A stretch of 64,000 nucleotides of DNA, from positions 22,449 through 86,448 of the forward strand of contig LCOG01000001.1 of the NCBI GenBank assembly GCA_001001705.1, given 5' to 3'. Shown here in pieces: positions 1-9,004 of the stretch. How positions within the stretch are numbered: position 1 is the stretch's first letter; the number at the start of each line of letters is the position of its first letter. Origin of the DNA: Parcubacteria group bacterium GW2011_GWA2_47_26. GTDB lineage: Bacteria > Patescibacteriota > Patescibacteriia > GWA2-47-26. The translations under genes were made by a program, and so were the position numbers. A model generated the notes under the pieces. It was not told where the DNA came from, searched no databases, and was given only the letters and a program-made list of their open reading frames with translations.

Positions 1-1164
1 GGCAGCAGCATGAAACACAATATCCGGTCTATACTGCCGAAACACCATATTGATTCGATCAGTATCCCGCGTATCACCTACCAGAAATCGCAGACGCTTT
101 ACCATCTCCGGCGTTTCTCGACGCAAGATTATTTCGGTATGATAGAGTTCGGTCTCATCGATTTCAAAAAGGATTACCTGCCTCGGATTAAACTGACACA
201 CTTGCCGCACGATCTCAAATCCAATTGACCCCGCCCCTCCTGTAACCAGTACTGTCTTGCCCTCAAGGGTAGCTCCTATTTCTTTATAATCAATACGGAC
301 CAACTGCCGGCCAATAAGGTCTTCGATTTTAATATCTTCCAGCTCTTGTACACGTATTTCCGGTCGATGAAATTCGTAAATCCGCGGCATGATTTTAATC
401 TCCTTAGCACCTGCCTCTTTCGCCTGCTTGTAGATTTGCTTAAGGCGTACGTGACCAAGCGCAGGAATGGCGATGATCACCGCTGAAACTTGATACCTCT
501 TTATAAGCGAGGCAAGGTTATCAATCGTTCCCATAACTTTCACACCATGGAGATAGGTATTGATTCTATTTACATCATCATCGAGAAATGCAATCGGCGT
601 ATAGTCATGAAATTTCCCTCTTTGCATATCCCGCAGAATCATCTCACCCGTATTTCCAGCGCCTACAATAATAGTATATTTAGTGCTCTGTACCCGTGAT
701 CCTCGTACAATCTCAAAATACACTCGTTTTGAGATGCGCAAAAACGCCACTAAAAACAAAGTTGCAAACGCATCAATGATGATAATCCTCCGTGGAAAGC
801 CTTGAAACAAAGAGAAACGAAAAAAATATATCCCTATCATCAACGCTCCGCTTGAAAAGATTATTGCCTTCAAGATATTAAAAATCTCTTTCAGGCTTAC
901 AAATCTCCAGCTCAAGCGATACAGTTTAAAATACACAAAACTCATGATCTTGATTACCAAAAACGAGGGGGTTGCAGAGTACATGAGATAACGGTATGGA
1001 TCAGGCAGTTGAAAATCCAGGTGCAGTAAAAATGAGATGTAAAGCGAGAAGAGTATAATAAAGATGTCAAATCCAAAAAAGAACGCAAAGCGCTTCCCTG
1101 GCGTAGGATACAACAACCGTCCCCTCCATGACGTGCTTTTGTTCTGCTGACTGACAACTGCCAT
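1..1164 (-). CDS. CapD/PglF/WbpM-family polysaccharide biosynthesis protein (membrane N-terminus + nucleotide-sugar 4,6-dehydratase-type SDR); 3' end cut by window edge
   Basis: Absent from the ORF track because there is no stop inside the window. My own translation of the minus strand from ATG 1164 gives MAVVSQQNKS... It has hydrophobic segments FAFFFGFDIFIILFSLYISFLL and IIFSSGALMIGIYFF, then YTIIVGAGNTGEMILRDM and GKTVLVTGGAGSIGFEIVRQV...IVFHAAA. The frame runs exactly to base 1. Confidence 0.85.
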   Translation of the reverse strand, partial: MAVVSQQNKSTSWRGRLLYPTPGKRFAFFFGFDIFIILFSLYISFLLHLDFQLPDPYRYLMYSATPSFLVIKIMSFVYFKLYRLSWRFVSLKEIFNILKAIIFSSGALMIGIYFFRFSLFQGFPRRIIIIDAFATLFLVAFLRISKRVYFEIVRGSRVQSTKYTIIVGAGNTGEMILRDMQRGKFHDYTPIAFLDDDVNRINTYLHGVKVMGTIDNLASLIKRYQVSAVIIAIPALGHVRLKQIYKQAKEAGAKEIKIMPRIYEFHRPEIRVQELEDIKIEDLIGRQLVRIDYKEIGATLEGKTVLVTGGAGSIGFEIVRQVCQFNPRQVILFEIDETELYHTEIILRRETPEMVKRLRFLVGDTRDTDRINMVFRQYRPDIVFHAAA

Positions 1165-1190
1165 ATAAATGCAGTCCTCATTATATAATG

Positions 1191-1213
1191 ATAAAACCCC
1201 TTATACAAGGGGG
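1191..1213 (-). terminator. Short hairpin + T-tract spanning the stop of the WecA-like gene (weak terminator or attenuator, or a mini copy of the repeat core)
   Basis: Minus strand ccccttgtataagggg (6-bp stem) followed by ttttat. A TATAAT sits 15 nt before the next ATG. Confidence 0.25.
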
Positions 1214-2238
1214 AACCGGACTCTCTTCTGAATTAACCACCACAACCACGAGAGCAATACAAAAGAAACTCCAAATGCGGGCAGTAAAAACCTCGGCCAG
1301 TAGAAACTCACAAACGCGCCAGCTGCGACAATAAGATTCAACCCAATGACTCGGAGGGTTACTTGAGAATGAGTCAACCCAAACTTAAGAGCCTGGTGAT
1401 ATCCGAATGTACGATGCGCTTCAAACCATTTTTCTCCCTTAAGTGCTCGCCGAAGAGTGCTCAAACCCGCATCAACAAGTACGACTAAAAGCAATGTAGA
1501 CCAAACAAAAACAGGAACCGCATCCGCACGCTCTGAAACGAACGCGAGAGTTGCAAAACTGAATCCAATAAGCACGCTACCCACATCTCCCATAAAAATT
1601 TTTGCCGGATGCCAATTCCACACTAAAAAACCTGCAGCACCTGCAGCGAGAATCCATGTAACAACTGCAAGTTCTGGACGTCCCGCAAGCATAAGCAGAA
1701 TACCTGCAACCGCTCCAATCGCAACCGTTTCCGACCCCAATAGCCCATCAATGCCATCCATAAAATTATACAAATTACTCAAACCCACAATCCAAACAAA
1801 TCCGAGCACACTTCCAGCAACCCCCAGAGAAAGTGTGGTAAACCCAATATTCAGACTTTGAGGCCCCCCCAGGACCCAGAGTACCCAAATAGCGGCTAGC
1901 GCGTGCACTAAAATACGCACACGAGCGTTAAGTGCACGCCGACCGTCAATCCAGCTTATGAGCGCCACCATGCTTCCTCCCCCCGCAAGCGCCAGGCCAA
2001 CCGATGCCTCAACCACACCGATGATACCGAGTGCAACCACGCTTGCCAGAAACACGACTGCGATTGCAAGACCGCCGCCAGTCGGGGTGGGCACTGTATG
2101 TGAACTCCGCTCATTGGGAATTGCTAGCCAACCGCGCTTGCGCGCGTGGCAAAAAATCAACCAAGTGAACAGTACAGAGGCGAGAAAGACGAGAACGAGG
2201 AATACTGCTGTTAATACTAGGGTGAAAAATTCAGACAT
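1201..2238 (-). CDS. Polyprenyl-phosphate HexNAc-1-phosphate transferase (WecA/WbpL/MraY superfamily), likely initiating enzyme
   Basis: 345 aa, hydrophobic throughout (about 10 TM segments). Motifs NLYNFMDGIDGL and KIFMGDVGS. Confidence 0.9.
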   Translation of the reverse strand: MSEFFTLVLTAVFLVLVFLASVLFTWLIFCHARKRGWLAIPNERSSHTVPTPTGGGLAIAVVFLASVVALGIIGVVEASVGLALAGGGSMVALISWIDGRRALNARVRILVHALAAIWVLWVLGGPQSLNIGFTTLSLGVAGSVLGFVWIVGLSNLYNFMDGIDGLLGSETVAIGAVAGILLMLAGRPELAVVTWILAAGAAGFLVWNWHPAKIFMGDVGSVLIGFSFATLAFVSERADAVPVFVWSTLLLVVLVDAGLSTLRRALKGEKWFEAHRTFGYHQALKFGLTHSQVTLRVIGLNLIVAAGAFVSFYWPRFLLPAFGVSFVLLSWLWWLIQKRVRFPLV

Positions 2239-2259
2239 TAACTTTTAAAAATTTTCAAC

Positions 2260-2715
2260 TTATCGTTCCTCAATAGCCCATATATCCCAATACCGCGCGT
2301 CGTAGCGATAATCGTCCCCCTTGGTTTCCTCAAGCGAGGCAGTGGAAAAATAAATGATTTTAGTGCCCGGCGTAAGCGTCATCGCCCCATTGGCAAAACC
2401 GGCGGGAATGAAAAGCACCGCGGGTTTTTTGCCCGAAAGTACAAAACGATGCACCTTGACGTTTTCATCAGGAGCTTCAAAATTGTCGATTTTCACCGCG
2501 CCGACAAGCGCGGCTCCGGAAACTACCAACACATACTTGGCCTCTTTTTTGTGGGCGTGCCAGGCGCGAATAAAGCCCGGACGATGATTGGAAATAGTAT
2601 AGAACCGCTTCACTCCGACAAAATTAAATCCATTTACGTGCGCAACTTCACCTCGATCATCAACACCGAAACCGCCTTCAATAAGCAACGGCTCTTCTCT
2701 ATATACCCCTTCCAT
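2260..2715 (-). CDS. RmlC-like cupin sugar epimerase/ketoisomerase (FdtA/WxcM type)
   Basis: 151 aa. DDRGEV...VKRFYTISN...IRAWHAHKKEAKYVLVVSG forms a cupin core. One nt downstream of the SDR gene. Confidence 0.6.
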   Translation of the reverse strand: MEGVYREEPLLIEGGFGVDDRGEVAHVNGFNFVGVKRFYTISNHRPGFIRAWHAHKKEAKYVLVVSGAALVGAVKIDNFEAPDENVKVHRFVLSGKKPAVLFIPAGFANGAMTLTPGTKIIYFSTASLEETKGDDYRYDARYWDIWAIEER

Positions 2716-2716
2716 A

Positions 2717-3652
2717 TTAGATAATGGGATTAGCTTTTAAAAATGCTTCATTACTATACCTCGGATTGCGTATATCCTTCAAGCGGCCCTCTAAGATAAA
2801 CGCTTGTATTTCCTTTATGCCATCTTCCACCGTACGGGAAGGCTTAAATCCCAGCACACTCCGAGCTTTTTCACTGCCCATACGGTAATCGCCTGTATCC
2901 GTAAGGGCGGCTTCTTTTATCTCAATGGTCGCGTCAGGAATATGCGCTTGAATTTTCTTAGACAGTTCAATAATTTTCATATTCTCGGCATGCAAATTAA
3001 AAATTCCTGTTGGCTTTGTATCTACATTATCTACCATGACTTGCGCAACATCACGCACATGGACAAAAGGACGCGATTGTTCTCCTCCAAATACGATCAT
3101 GCGCTTCTCCATAAGTGCGCGCGCGGTTAAGAGATTAACCACCAGATCAAGACGGGGGCGCGAAAATGAATCGCCAACTCCAAACACCGTGCTTAATCTC
3201 ACAATCAACGCATTTTTATCTTTAAGATATTCCTCTGCGATAAATTTGGTTTTCGTGTATATACTGGAGGGATCTTTGGCGGAGTCCTCATCAAGTACTC
3301 CGTTCTTAATTGCATACATCAGACATGTTGAAGGAAAAATAATGCGACCATCAAAATGTTCGGCCAACCATCCAACCGATGTTTGATTAAATTCAACGGC
3401 AAGTTCCGGATACAGCGCGCACGATCCGTCTGCAACGAGCGCCGCAAGCCAAATCACCGCATCGGACCATTGCAATTGTTTTGCAAGCTTGACCCGATCG
3501 CGAATATCGGCACGCATAAAGTCAATCGGTTTTCTGTAGTGTTCTTCATAAAGAAGCGCGTCATATACTCGCACCGTATGAGAAGTTTTCATCAAAAGAT
3601 CCGTCACAGCTCCTCCAATATAGCCAGCACCTCCAACCACAAGTATGTTCAT
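2717..3652 (-). CDS. NAD-dependent nucleotide-sugar epimerase/dehydratase (SDR)
   Basis: ATG at 3652 (MNILVVGGAGYIGGAV) makes an ATGA overlap with the upstream stop; the track start 3658 is TTG. Catalytic YTKTK. Paralogue of 19489-20466. Confidence 0.85.
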   Translation of the reverse strand: MNILVVGGAGYIGGAVTDLLMKTSHTVRVYDALLYEEHYRKPIDFMRADIRDRVKLAKQLQWSDAVIWLAALVADGSCALYPELAVEFNQTSVGWLAEHFDGRIIFPSTCLMYAIKNGVLDEDSAKDPSSIYTKTKFIAEEYLKDKNALIVRLSTVFGVGDSFSRPRLDLVVNLLTARALMEKRMIVFGGEQSRPFVHVRDVAQVMVDNVDTKPTGIFNLHAENMKIIELSKKIQAHIPDATIEIKEAALTDTGDYRMGSEKARSVLGFKPSRTVEDGIKEIQAFILEGRLKDIRNPRYSNEAFLKANPII

Positions 3653-4866
3653 ACGCAAATCAATCGCTCAAGCGCGTTTATGCACGCTTGTTTGGAAAAA
3701 TGTTTAGTCACGTAATCGTACCCATTGCGCCCCAACTCGTCAAGCTGTCCCCTGTTCTTAAACACATCGCAAATAAGATGGGCTGCGCGCTCCACATCAT
3801 CTGGTATTATCGCATAGCCGCATTGCGCATCGTTAATAATCCGATGCCCCTCACTTTCTTTATTCAAAAACGCGACAACCGGAAGCGAAGCGGCCATATA
3901 GCTAAGCAGTTTTCCGGGAACTGCTGCAGTTTTGTTATCTCCACCTAAAGATAAAAGGCCTACATTAACCTCTTTAACCAACAGAGGATACTCTTCCGAG
4001 GACACAAATGGCTGAAATATCACATTGCGAAGCCCATGTGCTCGCACTTGCTCTTGAAGCCGAATTTTGTCCGTACCATCTCCCACAAAAAGAAAACACA
4101 TCTCATGTATCCCCGATACTCGTTTCGCGATCGCCACAATAAAGTCCAGATTTTGCGCAGGGCCAAAAACACCGGGAAACAGGAAAATAAACTTCCCTGC
4201 GAGTCCATAGCGCGCGCGAAATATACCGCTTGCGCGCATGCGAAGGTAAGGACCTACATCAATCCAATTTTCCACTACCTTTATTTTGTGAGAGGGTACC
4301 CCTTTACGCTCAATTAAAAATTGACGCCCCCCTACTGTATGGGTGGTAATAGCATCCGCCTCACTGTAGGCCTTACGCTCCATCCGCTCAAAAAATTTAA
4401 TTATCAATCTGTTTTTTAGAATTCCAAGATCTACTGCATTTTGAGGAAATATATCTTGGATATTTAAAAGATAGCGAACACCGTACATTCGTTTTATACG
4501 CGCCCCAACCTGCGCCAAAGGAAGGTGAGGAGAATAAACGACTACAGCGTCAACTTTATCTTTCACTAACTTCTTAAATGAACGCATAAAGAAAAAAGGC
4601 AAAGTAATCTGCGCCACTCCGCGCAACAAATAATTGACTTTGTGATGAGGGAGGGTCTTTATTCTAATCACGCGCACTCCATTCTCCATTGAATCGGCAT
4701 TAAACCTCTTGCCTTCGGCTTCACCGCTCAAATTATATTTTGGCCAGGAAGTCAATACCGTTACCTGATGCCCGCGCTTAACCAATTCCTCCGCCAGCTC
4801 TTTAGTCATGGTGGAAATGGAACGAATCTCTGGAGGGTAGGCAATGGTGACTAGAATAATATTCAT
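3649..4866 (-). CDS. Glycosyltransferase family 4 (GT-B, WbuB-like)
   Basis: 405 aa. FLFVGDGTDK and AAVPGKLLSYMAASLPVVAF. Confidence 0.85.
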   Translation of the reverse strand: MNIILVTIAYPPEIRSISTMTKELAEELVKRGHQVTVLTSWPKYNLSGEAEGKRFNADSMENGVRVIRIKTLPHHKVNYLLRGVAQITLPFFFMRSFKKLVKDKVDAVVVYSPHLPLAQVGARIKRMYGVRYLLNIQDIFPQNAVDLGILKNRLIIKFFERMERKAYSEADAITTHTVGGRQFLIERKGVPSHKIKVVENWIDVGPYLRMRASGIFRARYGLAGKFIFLFPGVFGPAQNLDFIVAIAKRVSGIHEMCFLFVGDGTDKIRLQEQVRAHGLRNVIFQPFVSSEEYPLLVKEVNVGLLSLGGDNKTAAVPGKLLSYMAASLPVVAFLNKESEGHRIINDAQCGYAIIPDDVERAAHLICDVFKNRGQLDELGRNGYDYVTKHFSKQACINALERLICV

Positions 4867-4873
4867 AGAAACA

Positions 4874-5998
4874 TTAAAGCATGAAAACCTTTACTAATTT
4901 CCTTGCGGTTTTATCCCAAGTGAAGAATTCCGCATGAGTAAGTCCATTTTGGACAAGCCGTTCACGCAAGGGGCTATCGCTAAGCACGCGCTCAATCTTA
5001 TTGGCAATATCTTCAGGGTCATTTGGATCACAATACAGTGCGGAATTTTCACAAATCTCCGGCATCGGCGGCGTATTTGAAGTCACAATCGGCACGCCGC
5101 ATGCCATCGCTTCAATGAGAGTATGGGGGCAGGATTCAAGTGTCGAAGGAAATACGAATAATGATGCTCCACTCATAAGTTCAAGCAAGCGATCATGAGA
5201 TACCAAGCCAAGAAACCCTACACGCCCCGTAAGCTTATTGTTCTCAACATATGCTCTCACTTTATCAAAATATTTCGCATCGTGTACACCACCCGCAAAC
5301 CATAAAGGCGGCGTTTCGGACCTACGCTTAACCAGCTCCGCATATCCCCGCAATAGATTGAGCTGATTGGAATAGGCCACGAATTTTGAGGCAGTGAGGA
5401 TATAATCTTCACCCTTCCCTCTCCCAATAGGATAGGGTGCTTCGACCGCAATCGGAACAGGTGAAGGCACCGGGTTTCCGTTGTACACCACCGTAATTTT
5501 TTTCTCCGCGTCAGGGATCCGCGCGATTATACGATCTTTTACCGCCTGCGACACAGCCACAACATGGTCTGCTTTGCGCACCGACCATTTAGTGAGCACC
5601 AACTTTATCCATAAAACTGCATTGAGCTTCCAATCATTTTTATACTCTTGGTATGCAAGCGGTTCCATATTGCGCAAAGAAATCACAGTTTTACATGATG
5701 CTAAAAACACATTGAGATTTTTTGCTGTAAACAGCACATCCACCTTATATTCTTTGAGTTTGAACGGGAGAATTAACTGTTCCCATAGAAATCGCTTGAG
5801 GGCAGATTGATTATTTTTTATGCATTCATGAAATATAAAATTCTCCTTGTACATCCTCGTAATCAACGAATGCCCTTGCGGCACAAACAAATGGTATTCG
5901 TTTTCCCGGTCAACCACCCCAAGTGCGGGAATTAAGTTATTAAAATATGTCACCCCACCGTAGCCAATACCTGAAAGTAACGTCATAGCAATCTTCAT
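4874..5998 (-). CDS. Glycosyltransferase family 4
   Basis: ATG 5998 is in an ATGA overlap with the asnB stop. FVFPSTLESCPHTLIEAMACGVPIVTSN is an E-x7-E type motif. Confidence 0.85.
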   Translation of the reverse strand: MKIAMTLLSGIGYGGVTYFNNLIPALGVVDRENEYHLFVPQGHSLITRMYKENFIFHECIKNNQSALKRFLWEQLILPFKLKEYKVDVLFTAKNLNVFLASCKTVISLRNMEPLAYQEYKNDWKLNAVLWIKLVLTKWSVRKADHVVAVSQAVKDRIIARIPDAEKKITVVYNGNPVPSPVPIAVEAPYPIGRGKGEDYILTASKFVAYSNQLNLLRGYAELVKRRSETPPLWFAGGVHDAKYFDKVRAYVENNKLTGRVGFLGLVSHDRLLELMSGASLFVFPSTLESCPHTLIEAMACGVPIVTSNTPPMPEICENSALYCDPNDPEDIANKIERVLSDSPLRERLVQNGLTHAEFFTWDKTARKLVKVFML

Positions 5999-7941
5999 AC
6001 CAAAAGATGCACACGGGACCAGCGCAAAAGCACATATAATCCCCACATACGCGACCAAGTTATGCCGCCTCTACGCTCCAGAAATTGCCGCCACACATTT
6101 TGACACGCCCTAATATTCAATCCGACTGCGTGAGCGGCCTGCACATCATTGAATACTGCATCAACCTGTCCTCGCAAACGACCACGTAGCCACAGCTCCC
6201 ATGGAAATGTAAATCCCATTTTCTTGCGCGCCCAGATTTCGCACGGCATTTCATCACGCACTGTATTTAAGAGTAATGACTTGGGAATATTACGCGCCAT
6301 CTTTTCACGCTCTGGAATAAACATGACCTGTTCCACTAGCACATGGTCCAGATACGGCACGCGCACCTCCAAACCATGCGCCATGCTCATCACATCTCCG
6401 TCGCGCAAAAGCATATTGGCAAGATAGCCGCGAAGCTCAAGAAGGAAAATTTTGTTAAACATGTCCACGCCTGCAATGTCATTCCCGCGGAAGCGGAAAT
6501 CCACGATTCCCTGATCGATTGTGGATCCCCGACCACGATCGGGGATAACAATTGTTGCTACCGCGTCTTGACTAAACAACTGCCTTGCAATCCCATAAAA
6601 CGTCGACACCTCCCCATCTGACATCAAATATTGCGCCAGCTTTGATCGTGCCACACTACCCTCACCAATAATTCGCGCCAACATTGCCCGCTTCCAACGT
6701 GGTAGCAAATGCAACATTTTCCACCACCGCACCATCCGCGGAATTCGCCGAAAGGTCGGATACCCGCCAAACACTTCGTCTCCGCCTTGGCCGGAAAGCA
6801 CCACTTTAATTCCAACATCTCGCACGGCTTTAGAAATAACATAAGCATTAACTCCGTCAATGGTGGGCTGATCTTGCGCATCAAGCGCGGCCGGCAACAA
6901 CTTTTCTAAATCGCTATCACCCACTTTCAGTTCATGATGCCGCGCACAAAACTTTTCACCGATCATACGCGCATAATGGCCCTCGGCATATTCTTCTTCC
7001 TCAAATGTTACAGAAAACGAATCCAACGTTTTGCCTGCCACACGATGCGCAAGAATTGCCAGCGCGCTGGAATCCACTCCCCCGCTTAAAAAAAGTCCAA
7101 CCGGCACATCGGAAACAAAGTGATGGCGAACTGTATCCTCGAGCACCTCTCGTAGCCCCTCCTGACCTCCCCTTAACCTAAGGGGAGGGACGCTGCTGGA
7201 ATCCCCCCCTCTTAAGTTAAAAGGGGGCTGGGGGGAGTTATGAACGGAACCCGGACTCCAATAAGCCCCACTCTCCACCTTCCCGCTCTCCATCTCATAT
7301 ACAAGATATTGCGCAGGTAACATCGCCTGCACGCCCTTTACAATGGTCAAAGGCGCTTGCACTGCGCCAAATGCTAAAAATGACTGCACTGCCTCGAAAT
7401 TAACCTTGCGCGGTACAATTTCACTTGCAAGTAATGCCTTCACTTCAGAAGAAAATGCAAACAAATTTTCGCTCTTAAAATAATAAAGCGGCTTAATACC
7501 AAACCTGTCCACCGCAAGAAACAATTTTTGCGCTCGCGCGTCAAAAAGCGCAAACGCAAACATCCCGCGCAATTTCTCCACACACTTCACGCCATACTCG
7601 GCATACGCTTTGAGAATCACCTCGGTATCACTTTGCGAGCGAAACGCATGCCCCTTTTTTTCAAGCTCAATCTTAACCGCTTTGAAATTATAAATCTCCC
7701 CATTAAAAACGATCCAATTATCAGTTGTCTCGTCGCGCATGGGCTGATGCCCCGCCGGAGACAAATCAATAATCGCCAGCCGCCGATGCACCAGGCCAAC
7801 TACGCGCCCGCCATCCCCCACTGGCACAATCTCAATCCCCTCATCATCCGGCCCGCGATGCGCAAGCGAAGCCGCAATTTTTTTCAAAAGCGGCTTTTGT
7901 ACTAACTGTTCTGTGCCTATGATCCCGGCTATTCCACACAT
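5995..7941 (-). CDS. asnB: Asparagine synthase (glutamine-hydrolysing) family amidotransferase (AsnB/WbpS-like), with a repeat-derived insertion in the interdomain linker
   Basis: Start set at MCGIAGI, giving the Cys2 nucleophile. PP-loop SDVPVGLFLSGGVDSS. The track ORF extension 7942-8028 is read-through of repeat copy B. Confidence 0.9.
   Translation of the reverse strand: MCGIAGIIGTEQLVQKPLLKKIAASLAHRGPDDEGIEIVPVGDGGRVVGLVHRRLAIIDLSPAGHQPMRDETTDNWIVFNGEIYNFKAVKIELEKKGHAFRSQSDTEVILKAYAEYGVKCVEKLRGMFAFALFDARAQKLFLAVDRFGIKPLYYFKSENLFAFSSEVKALLASEIVPRKVNFEAVQSFLAFGAVQAPLTIVKGVQAMLPAQYLVYEMESGKVESGAYWSPGSVHNSPQPPFNLRGGDSSSVPPLRLRGGQEGLREVLEDTVRHHFVSDVPVGLFLSGGVDSSALAILAHRVAGKTLDSFSVTFEEEEYAEGHYARMIGEKFCARHHELKVGDSDLEKLLPAALDAQDQPTIDGVNAYVISKAVRDVGIKVVLSGQGGDEVFGGYPTFRRIPRMVRWWKMLHLLPRWKRAMLARIIGEGSVARSKLAQYLMSDGEVSTFYGIARQLFSQDAVATIVIPDRGRGSTIDQGIVDFRFRGNDIAGVDMFNKIFLLELRGYLANMLLRDGDVMSMAHGLEVRVPYLDHVLVEQVMFIPEREKMARNIPKSLLLNTVRDEMPCEIWARKKMGFTFPWELWLRGRLRGQVDAVFNDVQAAHAVGLNIRACQNVWRQFLERRGGITWSRMWGLYVLLRWSRVHLLV
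7155..7245. repeat. GC-rich nested-hairpin repeat, copy A (inside asnB, in frame)
   Basis: Hairpin cctccccttaacctaaggggagg at 7166-7188. A second hairpin pairs ccccct with aggggg within 7203-7227. Flanks are cccctcc and ggggggagttatg. Translated as SVHNSPQPPFNLRGGDSSSVPPLRLRGGQEGL. Confidence 0.85.
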
Positions 7942-7953
7942 ACCTTTCTCAAT

Positions 7954-8067
7954 CTCCTCCCCTTTCCGCCCGAGGCGGATCCGCCTTTGGAGGAAAGATA
8001 AGGGGAGGCGGGGAGGGGTTATGATCAACTCGCAACTCCCCTTAATCCCCTCTTACTCTAAGAGGGG
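7954..8067. repeat. Nested-hairpin repeat, copy B (intergenic, upstream of asnB)
   Basis: ctcctcccctttcc...ggaaagataaggggaggcggggaggggttatgatcaactcgcaac...cccctcttactctaagagggg aligns by eye with copy E. Its first loop holds the perfect palindrome aggcggatccgcct (7973-7986). Confidence 0.85.
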
Positions 8068-8083
8068 AAACATCGGCCATCAT

Positions 8084-8110
8084 AACAAAAACCCCGCCTT
8101 TTGGCGAGGG
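8084..8110 (-). terminator. Intrinsic (Rho-independent) terminator after the methyltransferase gene
   Basis: The minus-strand RNA just after the TGA reads CCCUCGCC-AAAA-GGCGGGG, a 7-bp GC-rich stem with one GU pair. It is followed by UUUUUGUU. Confidence 0.6.
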
Positions 8111-8112
8111 TG

Positions 8113-8931
8113 TCATGACTTTCTCCCCCTTCCAATAATCCCATTTGGCCCATAGCGCACCTCCGCATTCTTAAGTCCGGCTTGCTTAAACCACTTCCTT
8201 ACCGCGCGGAGCGTTTGCGGATTGTCGTAGCGCGGGGAGTACATATCAAAAGTATCCAGCACCGACCATTCTTTGTGTATGCGATACGGCAGGCCAAGCG
8301 TCGGGTAACTGGCAATAGGAAATAATCTAGTTCCGATTGATCCTAAAAATTTATGCGCAATGACCGCAAATGGAAGGAGCAATGCAACAACCGCGCGTAC
8401 GAGCAAATAAAGCACGCGCGACGGAATCCACCGCGTAAACGGACGCAAAAAATACTTCCACTGCAAACGCGAAAAAATTGTTTTCTTGTACACATCAATT
8501 ACAATCTCCCCGCCCGGTTTTACAAATTTTGTGAGCTCCAGGAATGCGCGTTTTGGATCTGGCGTATGCTGGATTACTCCCAAACAAAGTACTTTATCAA
8601 ATGTCCCAATATTTTTTGGAATATCAAAAATATCCGCACGGAAAAGGTGCAAATTTTTATGATGCCCGTTGTTCGCGCGATTGGCCTCAACCGCCTCGCT
8701 CGAATCAAATGACCAAACCTCCGCACCAGTTGAAAGCAACACTTCCGTAAACCGTCCCGCGCCAGATCCGGCCTCTAAAATTCGCTGACCCTCCATACGC
8801 TCCGGCCAACTCGTCACTAAAAAAAGTCGTTTACGCGATATCGGAAGTCCGACGAAGCTATCCAGCTGGGTTTTGGCATGCTTGAGCCACTGAAATCCGA
8901 AAGAGGTGGTGTAGTTTGCGGTGTTATTCAT
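8113..8931 (-). CDS. Class I SAM-dependent methyltransferase
   Basis: ILEAGSGAGRFTEVLL (motif I) and VLCLGVIQH. Followed directly by an intrinsic terminator. Confidence 0.8.
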   Translation of the reverse strand: MNNTANYTTSFGFQWLKHAKTQLDSFVGLPISRKRLFLVTSWPERMEGQRILEAGSGAGRFTEVLLSTGAEVWSFDSSEAVEANRANNGHHKNLHLFRADIFDIPKNIGTFDKVLCLGVIQHTPDPKRAFLELTKFVKPGGEIVIDVYKKTIFSRLQWKYFLRPFTRWIPSRVLYLLVRAVVALLLPFAVIAHKFLGSIGTRLFPIASYPTLGLPYRIHKEWSVLDTFDMYSPRYDNPQTLRAVRKWFKQAGLKNAEVRYGPNGIIGRGRKS

Positions 8932-8960
8932 AAATCTGTGTACGAATTACTAATCTTGTC

Positions 8961-9004
8961 CGAATATTACGAATAAATTGTTCAATCCAAATTCGTAGTA
9001 TTCG
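8961..9004. promoter_or_regulatory. 14-nt inverted repeat straddling the stop codon of the DUF2079-like gene
   Basis: cgaatattacgaat (8961-8974) and attcgtagtattcg (8991-9004) match at 13 of 14 positions as complements, 16 nt apart. Further attcgta-like words lie nearby at 8942 and 9012. Confidence 0.3.

Noticed and set aside
954-1208. 84-aa minus-strand ORF in the track
   Set aside because: A different frame of the same strand encodes the membrane N-terminus of the CapD-like protein, continuous from ATG 1164 to base 1. The 84-aa ORF has no recognisable features.
1457-2248. Two plus-strand ORFs (134 aa and 96 aa) rich in Pro/Ala/Thr/Ser
   Set aside because: They are antisense shadows of the GC-richer WecA-like gene. 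Their composition is low-complexity and no motifs are visible.
7942-8028. 5' extension of the asnB ORF in the track (MIITPPRLPLSFLQRRIRLGRKGEEIEKG before MCGIAG)
   Set aside because: Class II glutamine amidotransferases need Cys as the first residue after Met removal. The extension is simply repeat copy B read in an open frame.
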